Below, piece after piece: positions 1 to 15,236 of a stretch of 64,000 nucleotides of DNA. Positions within the stretch are counted from its first letter, which is position 1. Each line of letters begins with the position of its first letter. Position numbers and translations under genes: made by a program. This DNA is from Chrysomallon squamiferum (Eukaryota > Animalia > Mollusca): assembly GCA_012295275.1 (NCBI GenBank), contig CM022672.1, positions 4,030,001 through 4,094,000 of the forward strand. The letters run 5' to 3'. The notes beneath the pieces are model-generated. The model did no database searches, was not told the DNA's origin, and was given only the letters and a program-made list of their open reading frames with translations.

Positions 1-420
1 ACACCATTATGGTCTACTTTTTGTTAAAGTATCAGCTTGTGTATTTTGAAACTCAATACAAAATACTTGAGACACTGTATAGAATGGATAGTTGCAGAAT
101 TTCACAAGAATTTACCACAGTACTTGAATTCTGATTTTTATTTTGATGATTCGCCAGCTGTTTAATAAATTACTGTCTTAAAAAAATCAGTCTAAATTTT
201 GGGGATAAAGGCTAAGTTTAGCTAGTTAAATTTGTCCATAATGTCCTCGTTCTCTATTTGGTCTTCATACAAAATTAACTGCCACCTGTGGTTAAACTGT
301 CACATACATCTTATATGAGTCCAGAAATCTATAGAGTGTCTTGAAGTGTTTTAAAAGAGAGACGTAGGGTTAGAGTGTCTGTCAGGAGCTAGAGGCTGGG
401 TGCACTCTGTAACACATTGG

Positions 421-654
<234 letters not shown>

Positions 655-1362
655 TAATATGCATTAAAAATAACACTACTAAGTCAAGACAGTTACAGAT
701 GCTAGTAAAGTTTTTGAAAATAGGACACTCAGACAGCAGCAGTATTATAATTGTAAACAGTTTATTTGTGTGCAGTGGCAAAAGGGTCAGAGGTTGCTTC
801 ACAAACATTACAGTCATATGGTGCATGTATACGTTATGAAAAAAGGTAGCCAAAAAAAATCAGTAAAATCCAGACTTTCTTTTTTTTTCTTTTTTTATTT
901 TTTCAGAAATTTATCAAATTAGGTTTAATTAATCATATAAAATTAACCAGAAACACATTTTATAGTGCAGAGATCAAATTTTGTTTTTAGTATGACAACA
1001 TCCTGAAATGTTTTATTTATAATATAAGCAAAAATGTCAAAACTGACCACTGGTATTTTTATAATATATTTTTAACCTCTGTCATGATAAGACTCCCACC
1101 GACTTCTGACAGGTTTATCTGGACTGCCACACAATTTATTGTTTTGATTGTAGAAAACATATAAAATTATTTTTGATTTATTTTTGTTGTTTTTTTACTG
1201 TCGGACAGTTCAGCATCAAAAAGTAATACATTAATTACATTATGGTGGACAAGACATAAGTAAAATTAATTCAGTCATATAATATTTTCACTGTCCTCCT
1301 AATATGTATGAATATTGTTATCTCTGTAAGGAAACATCTTATTTTTGTAAAAATATAACTAA

Positions 1363-1623
<261 letters not shown>

Positions 1624-1711
1624 TGAATGGGATCTTTTCAGTTCTATTTAGGTGGAGGGAAAAGAAGAAACAAACAAAAAACTGATATTTAAAACTCATT
1701 AAAAATTTTAA

Positions 1712-2086
<375 letters not shown>

Positions 2087-2540
2087 TAACAGTTTTATTT
2101 CATTTTTCGTTTATTTTCTTTTATTTTTTTTTCTTTTATTTTTTTTTACGTTGTTAGTATTTAATTTACAAGAAAATGTTGTTAATATGTACATTATAAT
2201 TTTGAAGTTAAAATTGTTCACAATGTTAAAATTGATGAGTTGAAATGCCGTAAGTTGATTGTGCAGCTTTGTGTTCTTCATAACCTTACTCTCATCTGAA
2301 TTATGGACTATTACTAGAATTACCAAACTGAAACCAAAGTGTCAGTATTATTGTCATAAGTTATTTAAAAAATAGCTTAACAAAATCAGACAAAACAAAA
2401 AAATATAAACACTAACATCACGTAAGTGAATTAAATTGTTAAACATCTACATTTGTCTTAGTAATTTCTCATCTGATAATTTAAATTTCATACTGAAAAC
2501 ACGTAACACTATATTTTAATATAAAAAAAGTGATAAATAA

Positions 2541-2714
<174 letters not shown>

Positions 2715-5700
2715 AACAACCAATGAATGATTGACTTATTCTGTAGATAACAAGAAATTAATTTTATCTGTTAATAAAAAGAAATACATATTTGATCAAT
2801 TGACAAAAATGTGTGCACAAATCTGATTATTATCTGATCTCTGTAAGTATCAGAGTGTCTAGATTTATTTTTTGTCTGATGATATTTTACTGTACGCTGC
2901 TTTCTCTAGGCTAGAATGTTTTAACACAAACAACCACAAAACTGAAACTGTCTACAGAGCTATTGGTTTCGTCCACTTACTAGAGCAGACTCAAATGGTA
3001 GTAGAAACTGTGATAGGTATGCGAAATCGAGGATTGGATTTTAATCAAGAGATCAGTTTTTGTGTTCTTGAGTGCATTTTGTACTGGCATTCCCTGTCTT
3101 GTTTGAGTATTTTGTATTTTACAGTTTTTTCTCAGTTCAAAGGTTTCATGCATTATACCAGTACATACACAAGACAGTTAATAGGAGTATTAAAATGGTT
3201 CATACACTTTTATGCTTATAAACACCAGAAGCATATAAACATATATGATACAGAAGACAGCTGATATGTACCTTGGATTTTCTATTGCTGATGAATTCAT
3301 GGTAGATGCTTACATTTTTTTTTTTTTTTTTTTTTTTTTTTTGTATTTTTAGAAACATAATTACTGCAAAACATGATAAAAATAAAATTGGCTCATGTTT
3401 TTGTAGTATTTATTCATTTTTATTTTCAATATTTTTAATAATGAAATACAACCATCCTGAAGCTAAAATGAATTAACTTTCTAATTAAAGATATTCTGTA
3501 ACAATTCACTGTTACTGGTACATATATATATATATATATTGTTATTTTTTTATTTTTTTTAAAACTCTAGGATGAATTTATTGTTTCACCAATTTGTGAT
3601 TGTGTTTTTTTTTTTTTTAAGAAAACAAATTGCTAATATTGTATTAAATGTCAGACACTTTGCTTTTAGGCAAAATTAATTTTATCTTATCAGTTTTGTT
3701 TTATTTACTGACTTAAATAATGAATGTATTCAATATTTTTATAAGAAAATGCTAGTAAAATGTTTTCTCTAGAACATTAAAAAATATTTGTGTTGACACA
3801 GCTATGGAAAAGAAAGAAGACCTAAATAATACTGGAATGGACTAGAGAATTTTGTGAATATTTGTTTTTAAAACCACAAAAATAGTGAACATTCATAATT
3901 TTATGTCTGACCTGGAGAAGTCTTATTTTCCAGTTTTACCATGACATGCACAAATAAATGAGGGAAAGGTCTTATTTCAAAATGATTCTATCTAAATTTC
4001 ATTTACAGCTCAAAAATTGTTTGCACAGGCTATGAACAAGATTAATGAGAAAACATTATTTTTTATCAGCAATTGCTTTAGATTCGTTGGATAAGTTGAA
4101 TAAAATTTTAATCCAATTTTTGAAGATTCCAGTTTAAAACTGATGATACGATGCAAACACCTTTTCATTCATTAAGATATTTCTTTTCATTTTTCATTAA
4201 TAAATCAAGTCTTAGAAATGTTTCCATAAATTGTATTTGTTGTGGTTATTAATATTTGTTAAATACTGAAAAGTTTGACAAGCAAGATGAAATCTGCATG
4301 TTGACATGGAAGATGTATATTAAAAAAAAAGAAAAAAAAAAATCTGTTTTTATTTTCATTGTTTTTAATTTTTAAAATGTTTTATCTTATCAGATGGTTT
4401 ATGTGTAACTAGAATAAGGAATAAGAATAATACAGTTAAAGCATTTGTGGTGGAGAGAACGAGGTATTTTATATAGGCAACCATTTCTTTTATTTTAGTG
4501 CGTTCGGTATGTGTAATATTGATGTGTTCTGATAAATACTCTCGCAGACACTTTTTAAATCGTTATAATCGAGTAGTGAGAGTGAAACATGCTAATCAGA
4601 GTGAGGTGTTGTAAAGCACGTCTGCAACAGGCACGCTCTCTGACAAAGCCAGGATGTGTCTCTCGCAGAATAGTCCAAGTCAAAATTACTATAAATATGG
4701 GTCTATCAAGTTGGGTTTTGGAGGGATCTTTTTAGAGTGTGTATATTAATATAAAATGTTCTATGTATGACGTCAGAAATGGCAAGAAAAGGAAAAATTG
4801 CAATCTCCGTATATAAATTTGATTAACAGATTTAATACTATGAAACCTATTTAAATGGTTTCATTTCATTATTTGACTTAAATGTGTTAACCCGCTGAAA
4901 CTGACTGACTTCAGGACAAGTGAGACGAGGGTGAGTATGAGAGAAGAAGGAAAAAGCCCGTGACCCTCAAAAAACATCTGAAATAGCAGCCAGTTAACAC
5001 GTGATGTGGTTAGAAGTAGACTGGATCTTAAAACCAGCATCTGTCGTTATCATCAGATCGGTCCACTGTTTAGTAATACTCTGCTTACCTGAGAATTAAT
5101 GGTTTAATGAGATGAAAATTCGTGGTGTCCTGTTGAGATGCCTTCCACATACATCTGCTGATCTGAAATGTACAGTGATGATGCAAAGAAATGCGTTAAG
5201 CTTTAGCTCGACCAAATTTTGCAGATTGAGAAATAAATATATAGATTTCATTCTCTCAAAATTAAACTGTGGTGAATAAATCGAACGAATTAATCCTGAT
5301 TTCATTGATTTGATAGGTCTAGCTGCAAATATAATGAAAAACAAAACAAACACAGACGAAAGTATAATGACAGTTTCTTTTTTTTTAAATAATTATATTC
5401 ATTTAAAAAAATATTTTTTAAATGCTTGAATTAAAACGAACAATTTTGAAAAGAAGCAAACCTCAGAATTTCATTTAGTAACATTCTCTAAAAATATATA
5501 CTTTTAAGAATATACATAATTAACAATTAATAACACGCAAAATTTTTCAAAGAAATAACAAAAACTTAAAACATATTTAAAATAATAAAAAAGGAACAAC
5601 AACAAATAAACAAAAATAACCCCCACACCAATTAAAAACACATCCATGTAATCGATTTCGATAGACATTCCTGATTAATTTATTAAAGTATTTGCCGTAA

Positions 5701-6004
5701 CGTGCGTAACAAACTAGTACTGTCAGTTGTGTTTACCATTTAAAATGCAGATAATAAAAAATATAACGGGGCTGCTATACACAAAATATACAGCTGTTCG
5801 GTATATAAAATACATCATGAAAAAAAAAAATGATGGCCTTTCGTTTCTTTTTCTACTCGCACACTCAGAATCATAGACTTGCTTTGATGCAGACGGTCAG
5901 AAAATCCATTTCGTTATCCTCTGCTAGCGCTGTAAAATATAACTACTACAGTTTTAACAGTTAAGCCTTAGACAGTCACCAGATCTACATCAATACTTCT
6001 TTCT

Positions 6005-7528
6005 TTACTCTTGTTCCTCTTCTGCTATGGGTATTTCGACTGGGTCAGCCCGGGGTGAATTGTCTGGTACTCGAACATTAACATCTCCTTTGGTATTTTC
6101 CTCGCTAATATCGGGAAGAGTAACAGAAATAAAATCTGGATCTTTGTGTTTTTCTCCTCCGTTACTACTGTGATCATTTCTGTTTTCATTTTGGGATTCG
6201 TGTTCATTGATTTCTTTTTCTGTTCGTTCAGCTGACACATTTTGTCTCTTTTCTGCATCCTCAGACCTGTGGTTAGTTGACATTTCCTCGTCTGCAGAAA
6301 TCTGCCCTTTACATACCAATCTTGTGTTTTCCACGGCACTGAATGATCGAGGAATTCGAGAAGCCAGACTCATTTCCATTTCCAGTCTGCACAGACCGCA
6401 TTTGCACATGTTCAACTCGCCAGCGGGAATATTTCTAACTCTTCTGCGATCATATGCGGATTGTGTACGAACCTGGCGGTCGTGAAGCATTTTCTGGTCA
6501 CTGACCTTGAGGTACAAGCGCCACTCTTCAAAAGAGTCATCACTGTTTCCATTGTTCTGATTGGCGTTCTCCGGACACGAGAAGAGACTCCTCAAATGGC
6601 CTGACCTGGAGCGGCTGGCCGCCTGGGAACCGTGTTGTTTGTGATCCGCCTGGGAACCGTGTTGTTTGTGATCCGCCGGCAAGACGTGGCCGACGGCTCG
6701 CGACGCAGACGTCTCGCTGTTCGGGTTTCTGACGTCTCCGTTTTCATAGTAATTTAGTATGTGAGACACTTTCTTGTCGTAATCAATCCTTTCTCTTTTT
6801 AAAGCCTTAACGTCCGAGCATTTCGGATTTGATAAATATTCTCTTCGCAGACGTTCAATGTCTCTGTTTGGTGCATGGTACAGCGCACTTGCACTACCAC
6901 CGGAATCCAAAGTTTTGCGTTTACCAATATAGAATATTTTGTTATTGTCCATGTACAGAGTTGTGTAAGTGCCGCCACTTTCACCGACATTTTTACGTTT
7001 CTTTCTTCCCTTGCTGATAAATTTGGCGTTGCAATTGTTTTCGACTGCGAAAAACTTTCCAGACGACTGGCTTCCGTCTGTTGCGCTGTTGTGATCCAGA
7101 GCTATGTTGATCAAGCTGGTGACTGAGAACTGCGGGGAACTCTTCACTTTCACGTTGGGCACGTAGGAGATGAGAGATGGACCACCGACGAAATGCTGTT
7201 TCGTCGAATTCATCTTCTGCAGCTGTTTCAGATTATCAATGTACACCGATTTCCTCATCGGAAAAGCCTGTTTTTGGGACATGTCTGCACCTTTCAGGTT
7301 CTGATCGGAATGTTTTACACTTTGCGAAAAGAATAACTTCTTTTTGACGAATTCGTTCTCTGGGACCCACGAGTTGCTGTTGATGTTTGTAGATCTGCGC
7401 AGGACTGTTGACCGACTGTCTAACGGCACGTTTTTCCAGTCGAGTCCATCATCGCATGGTTCTCTGTTTGTTAGCTGATATCGCGGAGGCATCTGTCGCC
7501 ACAGAGTCCAGCAACCGTTTGTTGTCAT
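6005..7528 (-). CDS. Uncharacterised 507-aa low-complexity protein, single coding exon
   Basis: Long ORF with GC well above its flanks. Acceptor (ctattttcag|gcATG) 2 nt before the ATG. AATAAA on the minus strand at 5679-5684. No recognisable domain. Confidence 0.85.
   Translation of the reverse strand: MTTNGCWTLWRQMPPRYQLTNREPCDDGLDWKNVPLDSRSTVLRRSTNINSNSWVPENEFVKKKLFFSQSVKHSDQNLKGADMSQKQAFPMRKSVYIDNLKQLQKMNSTKQHFVGGPSLISYVPNVKVKSSPQFSVTSLINIALDHNSATDGSQSSGKFFAVENNCNAKFISKGRKKRKNVGESGGTYTTLYMDNNKIFYIGKRKTLDSGGSASALYHAPNRDIERLRREYLSNPKCSDVKALKRERIDYDKKVSHILNYYENGDVRNPNSETSASRAVGHVLPADHKQHGSQADHKQHGSQAASRSRSGHLRSLFSCPENANQNNGNSDDSFEEWRLYLKVSDQKMLHDRQVRTQSAYDRRRVRNIPAGELNMCKCGLCRLEMEMSLASRIPRSFSAVENTRLVCKGQISADEEMSTNHRSEDAEKRQNVSAERTEKEINEHESQNENRNDHSSNGGEKHKDPDFISVTLPDISEENTKGDVNVRVPDNSPRADPVEIPIAEEEQE
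6619..6677. repeat. Perfect 27-bp in-frame tandem duplication (ADHKQHGSQ x2)
   Basis: ccgcctgggaaccgtgttgtttgtgat at 6619-6645 and 6646-6672. Confidence 0.95.
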
Positions 7529-7608
7529 GCCTGAAAATAGATAAATTTAGTGAATTAATGTGAATTTTAAATAATTCGTAAAACATTTATATATTACCTT
7601 TAAAAGTC

Positions 7609-7643
<35 letters not shown>

Positions 7644-8399
7644 ATTATTATTTAAAATTTCCTGTCATAATTTCATGGACTGCGCTTTAAGATTAGCTGC
7701 AAAAGGTCTCTCATATTTATATCAAGAAAAAAACCAGAAAAACAAAAGCAAAAATCAAAACCCCACCAAAACAACAACAACAAAAACAACCACCACAAAA
7801 CACGCACACACACATACACACACACCAGAGAAGAAACTCGCTACTCCTATCTGTTATATGCACTCACTTACTAGACAGGGCATCCGTGGATTATTTCCCA
7901 TTCCACCTATGCCTAATTACTGGTGTGTCAAAAAGTCTGGATATTTGGAAAGACCAAAATAACTGATATCACACTACGGTATAAATAAAGAAATAAGCTG
8001 CATAGCTTGAATCTTTAACATGATACTGCAGTGAGGAAATTTGTCTTCATATAGACCTTACAAGTAAAATCTGTGACTGACATTATTTTCCATTAAAGCT
8101 GACTATGAATCCAATAGGATACAATAAAGTAAACTCAGGTGAACGTAAATAAATGTAATAATATACCTGTATAACAACAACACAATATATCAATACAATA
8201 CAGCATGAATTTGGAATATGAAATAATGTTATATAGCGCACATCTTATTTTAGCTGTTTTAGATTAATACCGTATTATTATTATTGATACAAAACTGTAC
8301 GATAAAATCAGTAATACTAATTTTAAAAGGTTACTACACTTACAAGTGAAATCTTATGAAGTCTAAAGACAGAAACGTTTTAAATAATTCGCAACACAC

Positions 8400-8500
8400 C
8401 TGATAATTTCAGATAACCTGTCTGTACGTGCGAACATCCAGGAACATCTGACTTGTGTAAGTCTTTGGTGTCCGTGTATCTGTATGATATCTATAACAAC
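8400..8500 (-). promoter_or_regulatory. Candidate promoter and 5' UTR exon of the 507-aa gene, with an RFX X-box
   Basis: Minus-strand donor CAG|GTGTGT at 8400/8399. ATATCTATAACAAC (8487-8500) fits the X-box consensus RTHNYYWTRRNRAC. An alternative perfect donor CAG|GTGAGT lies at 12007/12006. Confidence 0.4.
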
Positions 8501-9763
8501 TGCATATTGCTGTCACAAACAATTAAACGGGTTAATGTATTACTTAATTATCCAGCTATTCTACTTTATTACTTTCTAAGCGGCCGTCCCTTTTGCAATT
8601 TGATCGCTTTTATGAGCGTTTGAAAGAATTCTTTCTCGCTATTGACTGTGACACGGTATCTAATGGTCTGTAATGAAACAGTTAAAATGTTCTTTTGATT
8701 TCGTTGTATAGACTTACACTTTATCTACTGCAGCGTAAGTATAATCAGAACTGCAGAGGGAAGAAAAACCTGTATATTATATATGTGTGAAAGTGTTATT
8801 TAGATCGGTGTTAGGAATGATCTGTTTATTTTGTTTGTGTATGTATGTATCGCTGATATATGTATATATATATATATATATCTTTGAAAAATATTACTGT
8901 TCAAAGTCCTTTCATTCGTTCGGTCTTATTTATTTATTAGAAGCAGTAGCAGTTGTTGTTATTAGTGTTTATCAAGTGACCAGTTTAAATTTTGCAAGGG
9001 CAATCTCTGTTAGATTTCTCAAAATCAAAATGTAAAGAATAAAAAATGAAAGAAATTTTTAAAAGAAACGACAAGAAAGAAACTAAATTGAATACCGTAT
9101 TATTATCGACATCAAAAAAAAAAAAAAAAAAAACAACAACAACAAAAAAACAAAAAAAAACCCCCAAAACAAACAAACAGAACAAACTATTAATGCTGGG
9201 TTGAACATATATTATCTTGCCACTGACAGAAAATTAACTCGACTTGAAAAAGGTTTAAAGGAACCTGCTTTGTAAACGTGAAAACATTAAATTTCAGTTC
9301 AGTTTTATGGAATCTTTCAAGTCTGACAAACAACTGAGGTGAACTGGACTTCACGGTATCAAAGACTACGTCACAGATGAAAGAAAAATGTAAAGAAAAA
9401 AGACACGAAAATAAAACTGTTCTGTCATGCCAAAAAAAAAAAAAAAAGTTCTCTCTTTGTTCCTTATATAAAATGTTCATGTTCAGTGCATGCTAACTAC
9501 ATTTTGTTTTCTTTCATTATTTTTATTATTCTTGTTGCTGTTGTTTTGGGGTTTTTTTTCGTCGTCGTAATTTACTGGATTGAACAATATATATATAAAT
9601 ATTCATATATATATATATACACACATACATATACACACAAATATGTATTATAATTCGCTGTAAATTTATAGTTACTTTTTTTTTATTGCTGTAATTCTAT
9701 AATACAGTCTGAATATATTTTAACGATCGTATATTTTTCCCCCTTCATTCTGCGTTTCGAACA

Positions 9764-9801
<38 letters not shown>

Positions 9802-10063
9802 CTTTTATGTTTATGGTATAATAATGTACAATTATTGATACTGGATATAATTTTAAAGTATTTTCCTTTTAACGTATTTCCTTTTCCTTTTATTGTATTT
9901 TCTTCCTGTTTTTTTACTCTTATTGTTATTGTTGTTTTATGTTTGTTTGTTTCTGTTTTGTTTTTTGTTTGTTTGTTTGTTTTACATAATGTGCAAATTA
10001 ATTTATTCATTATTGTAAAAAAATTCTTTTCGACAATATTTCATTTATTTATTTATTTTATTT

Positions 10064-10102
<39 letters not shown>

Positions 10103-10139
10103 GTTATAATTTGTGTTGTTGTTCGTTATTTTCGTTTTT

Positions 10140-10830
10140 TTCTTTAACGTGTTCCTTTGTATTTGAAAAGTGTAATATACTTCAGTTAAATGTATCTTTA
10201 ACTACTAAATGTACGATACATAAATATATTTTTAACTGGCGTGTTTTTTTACGCTGTCAAGTATTCTACGATACGTTTTAAATGTATATATAATTAACGT
10301 ATTCTTTTTAAACTGTAAAATGTAACACTTCTGTGATACGTATTAAACAATTCTAAAATGTAACATTGTTCTGATGGGTATTAAAAGTATATTTAATTAA
10401 CATATTTTTATTTTAAGTATAACGTATAACAGTGTTCTGATATTAAAATTATAATCAGTTGACGTATTTTTCCCGAATTATTCTTTAACACTTGTTAAAC
10501 GTATCTTTAACTGATCTATTATGTTTTTAATCATGAAATGTAACCTTCATTGTAATACATATTATATTATATTTTTAATGTATTCTCTTTTTATCTTTGT
10601 TTTGTGACACGTACTAAATGTATCTTTAATTAAAGCATTTTCTTTTTTTATCTTATTTTTTAATCATAGCTTTGATATACGTATTAAATATAGTTTCCTT
10701 TTATCGTACTCTGTAACGTTCGTTCTTTGATACGTATTGAATGTACTTCTTTTATCATATTATGAACCTTCATTATGTTATACGTTCTGAATGTAAGTTC
10801 TAACTCTCTCTCATTGTTACAGCAACATTG
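10140..10830. repeat. Degenerate ~60-70 bp minisatellite
   Basis: Recurring gatacgtattaaatgtat / aatgtaac core; boundaries approximate. Confidence 0.55.
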
Positions 10831-11071
10831 ATTTTTTGTAGATATTTGTATAGAGATTTTACTTTTTTTTTATCTTTAGATATAATAAGCTTTATTCGTG
10901 AACTATTTCCACAAATGTATTTTACCAAAACATATTTGATTTTATTGTTATTTTTTTTAAAACTTTCTCTTTTCTTTCTACCTATGAATTATTAACTGAA
11001 TTTATTTCAGCTTTACATTGAAACAACACAGACATAACAGTATTTTCTCTCTCTGTATGTATATATATATG

Positions 11072-11109
<38 letters not shown>

Positions 11110-11498
11110 CTACTAATCTAGATAACGTTGTTTGTTTGATGCAAAGAAAGAGTTTATTATCGTCGACGCCAATAAGCAGCCCAATATTGGAAATGTTCGG
11201 ATTACGCACAAAGGACAGCGGTTGTCTTGCAGTTAATTAAAAATCGAATATCGAAACCGGCTATTGTATCGGCTTTTTATTGAATAAATGCAGAAGTAAA
11301 AAGATAGAGGTTACCTAAATCCACTGCATTATTTGCCCTTTGTTTATCGTTCTTTTCACAACCAGTCGCAGAAAACGTTGCAGCTAAAAGAGATACGCTT
11401 CCATGTTATTACATATCTCGCTTATAGTTTCATTGATATTTAGTCAGATTTCTTTTTTCCAGGCAGTTTTGTTTTTACTACATATTGTGTGTGCACGA

Positions 11499-11502
<4 letters not shown>

Positions 11503-11551
<49 letters not shown>
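11503..11551. repeat. (GT)n microsatellite
   Basis: Direct reading. Confidence 0.95.
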
Positions 11552-11555
<4 letters not shown>

Positions 11556-14210
11556 ATTCAGCTCTTTAAAAATAAATAATTATTAATTTCCAAACGAATC
11601 AATGATTCGGTATCAAAAATAAATGTATTTGGACCATTCAGATGATTTAAACAGCCACTAATGTTATACACATATGTACAGAAACGTAAATAAGCAAAGC
11701 AATACTCATTGGTATATACATACATGTATGAACAAGACACAAAAGTATATACATACATATGTACATATAAACTTATACATGCATACATACGTACAAACAT
11801 ACATATTTATATACATAAATAGATACAATCACATACACACATAAACATGCTCGCCACATATATACACATATATTCATTCATATACATACACATGCATAAA
11901 AACATCGATACATACACATATTTACATACATACATATACATACTTACGTACATACATATTTACACATTTGAAGACAGAACTCCAGTAATTAAAACACATC
12001 ACTCACCTGAAATGTAATTTCATATTCTCCCATCTCACAACTTGATTTGTTCAGCCTCCGCGTACCCGTTGTGTTTTCAGTTTAGACAATTCTCTTCTGG
12101 CTGCTGTAAGAACGAAACTGGTTTTTTACAATATGCAGGTAGTCGTTATTTATTTCACTCTCACCTGTTATATAATATACCAGTTACTTTATTCCAAAGA
12201 CAATATCCCTACATAATATAGCAATCGTAATAATTTATATCCACAATGTTTACTTTTCTGTAGAGGAATAGTGTAACCAAGGTGTATGTACATTCAAAAT
12301 GTTCCTGTTTCTTTGCCGGTGTATTTTGAAAAGGAATATCTTACAGGTTTCCAAAGCACTATGGTTGATATATAAACTCGCAAGTGTATAAACTCGATAA
12401 AGTAGTTAATAGGCCAGAATTTAAAACACTTGAATAAAATATACAGCTAGAACGTACAGAAAGTGTCACTTCATTAATTTTTATGTAAACATTTGGTTAA
12501 TCCTGGTAAACAAGTAAATGTTTACTCAGCTCTCGATTTCTTGTTAGAAACGCGCACCAACACAAACAAATTCCACAGTTTGTGTGTCACAACTGGAGCA
12601 TGTCAGAATAGATGAGCGCCTCGCAAAACATTTCAAACATTTTTTTCTTTTTTACCTCTCTCATGTTTCTTTAATTTTTTTTGTCTCTGTCTTAGCGTTA
12701 AAACAAGTGTGAGCAGCCTAAGACACTTTTCTCACAAAACGTATTAATCCTGACATTGTCATTTAAAATCCACGAACACCCGAAACATTTATTTATTTAC
12801 TTTTTATGTCTTCCAACTAAGATCACATTTTGTTTTTGATAGTACTGTTACGGTAATATAATTTCTTATTTATGGTTTTCTCGCGTGAACTAGACTGGTC
12901 GGAGCTACGCTGATTGGTTGGGTTTTTATATTCGACTTCGCTTCAGATCTGAACTCGACACTTGTTTCGATCTTTAACAATATACATTATTTTTATTTAT
13001 TTATTTTTTTCCAACCTAGAAACGTAGTTGTACATGCAGCTTAGCAACTCTCAAACGAGCAGTCAATCGAATAGATGTTTTACTGCGTGATATATGGATA
13101 AGAAATGAACAGTTGTATTTTCCTTTCTTTTAATCACTCTCTCGACTGGCATCGGTTATTTTGCAGTCACCAGCAAGGAAAGTAAAGGCGCTGTTCGACC
13201 AGAAGTAAACACGTACAGATATCGATATAGGTACTGATTAAAAGCCGAACAGTGGACAATGTTTAAACTGTTTATCTCGTTGACTAATATTAATGAATTA
13301 AATAAGTAAACGTACCCTGCAGTTGGCATGCAGTCATTTGAAGGACACGCGAAGTTTTGTATGAGTAACTGTTTTTACATAGTCAGTGTATTCCTCGCTT
13401 GAAGATTAAAAGAATTTTGTTAATATAGTGTGTGTCGTTACTAAGTCATTTTCATTAGTGTGTGTGTGTGTGTGTGTATGTGTGCACCTGTAAATGGAGA
13501 TATGTTTGAATGTGTTTGCATCTGATGCATTTGTAAGTGTGTATGTATGTTATATGCATCTCTGTGTGTATGCATGACTATATATATATATATATAAACA
13601 TAAACATATGAACATATACATATACACACATACATATATATGTATATGTGCTTATGTATGTATAGTATATATCAAACATGACAGATATATTATTATCAGA
13701 TGTAAAGCCTGAGTTTGTCAAGTATCTATTTATCACTTTTGTCAGACGATTTAAAACTCTCGACTTTCACTTTGATCAGCACGAGTTGTTTTATAAAAAC
13801 ATTTCGTGTACATGGAATAATAATTAAATGCATTCTGTATATCTCTGAGGTTATCGATTTGTTTACTTCTCCAGAAGGTAAGTTTTAAAAAATAGCTACA
13901 AAAAAAGATATACTGATAGCCAGCCATAGAAAACGCAGGCTCATTTGTGTTAAGTTTCGTGGTTTTTGTTGAGATGCGGTCTGAAATAGAGGGTAGAATG
14001 AATGCAGTTGTATGGAATTTCACGTCATACCATACTTTGTGCATTCGCACGGGAGCAGAAACCTTGAAAATCTCTTAAACGCGGGGTGCTGTCAGTGCCA
14101 CTTTACCTAAACCAGTCATCCGATTATAGAGCTGGGAAACTGTGTGTTATCAGATTTACCTGTTGAGATTGGCCTTAATGTAATGAAGTGACATTCTCAA
14201 AGGATTAAAA

Positions 14211-15073
14211 TTGATACCCTCAACCAAGATCAGCAAAGGTACCTGTCTCGTCTGCACAAGAGAGATTTCAAACTGCAGTAAGTCAGGTACCACCACCACA
14301 CGATCACTTCAGCCAAACAGGCAACAAGACGCCTTTTCCGAGAGATATCTTGATAGATACAACGCCACTGTGGACAAGTCCTCTTCACAAATAAATGAAG
14401 TTTTAATCTCATCTACACCGTTGGGCAGATGCAGCTATGGCGGATATTGTGACGAATCGCTTGGTGTTAGTAGAGTGATGATATGGGTAAAAATCAACAT
14501 TCAAAGCTGGACAGATATTCACGTCTTCCGAGATCGGTGCAATATCCTACAAAACCACGTCATTCCTTATACGGCAGCCAGCCGTAACCTACAGACGTTA
14601 CAACATGACTACATACTAGACATCACAAGGCTTATCTGAACCAACAACACATCAGCGTTCTTCCATGGCCGTCTCTGTCAACCGTCGGTTCTCATGTAGA
14701 TACAATGGGACAGTTACTTCGGATGCAGACCCCTGCTTACACTCTTCTGCAACTGGAGGTAAATCTGGTTCGCGTGATCATCAGAGAATCCAGATCTTTA
14801 CCACGAGGATGATTTCCTCCGTGAGCCATCGCAATGCTGTCCCATGTTGCCTGCCCGTGGTGGCCACACCCGATACTGACATTTTGTAGCACTTTACCAG
14901 AAACTCTGTTTGTTAATGAGAGCGCTGGTCAGCGATATTAAAGAATGTTCTTTTGACTTTGTCGTCTCTTTGCAGAATTGTGTCGCTTCACTAATACACA
15001 GCCTGAATAGAATTTGCTTGACCTTTTACTGATTTAATGAACTAGTGCTGTGTTTTCTGTGGCTGCTAGTATA
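14211..15073 (+). mobile_element. Decayed Tc1/mariner DNA transposon (frameshifted transposase remnant)
   Basis: Fragments VMIWVKI..WTDIHVF, NILQNHVIPY..LQHD and LNQQHISVLPWPSLS, plus terminal ARGGHTRY* (TGA 14877-14879), match Tc1 DD34E transposase motifs. Probable right end at ..agt|ata near 15070; left end unclear. Confidence 0.85.
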
Positions 15074-15119
15074 TGTATTTTTTAGAATCTATTTAAAGGT
15101 TCAGCTTCGACTAAGATTT

Positions 15120-15236
15120 TTATTATTTAATTTGATTTAATTTATTTTAATTTGATTTAATTTATTTTAATTTGATTTAATTTATATAATTTGATTTAAT
15201 TTATTTTAATTTAATTTAATTTAATTTATTTATTTA
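15120..15236. repeat. 20-bp AT-rich tandem repeat (tttaatttgatttaatttat)
   Basis: About 5 copies, direct reading. Confidence 0.8.

Noticed and set aside
2232-2299. Box C/D-like pair (TTGATGA ... CTGA) in a DHX15 intron
   Set aside because: The size fits a snoRNA, but the terminal stem is poor and I recognise no rRNA/snRNA antisense element.
2872-3264. 130-aa ORF after DHX15
   Set aside because: TTG start, within the probable 3' UTR, no recognisable homology.
9720-10281. ORFs of 96-148 aa, and similar poly-I/L/N/SL ORFs at 15728, 17950, 24129, 24894, 30866, 31462 and 52066
   Set aside because: Translations of microsatellites and AT-rich low-complexity DNA.
14211-14889. ORFs as functional genes
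   Set aside because: Frameshifted pieces of a dead Tc1 transposase with an incomplete DDE core.
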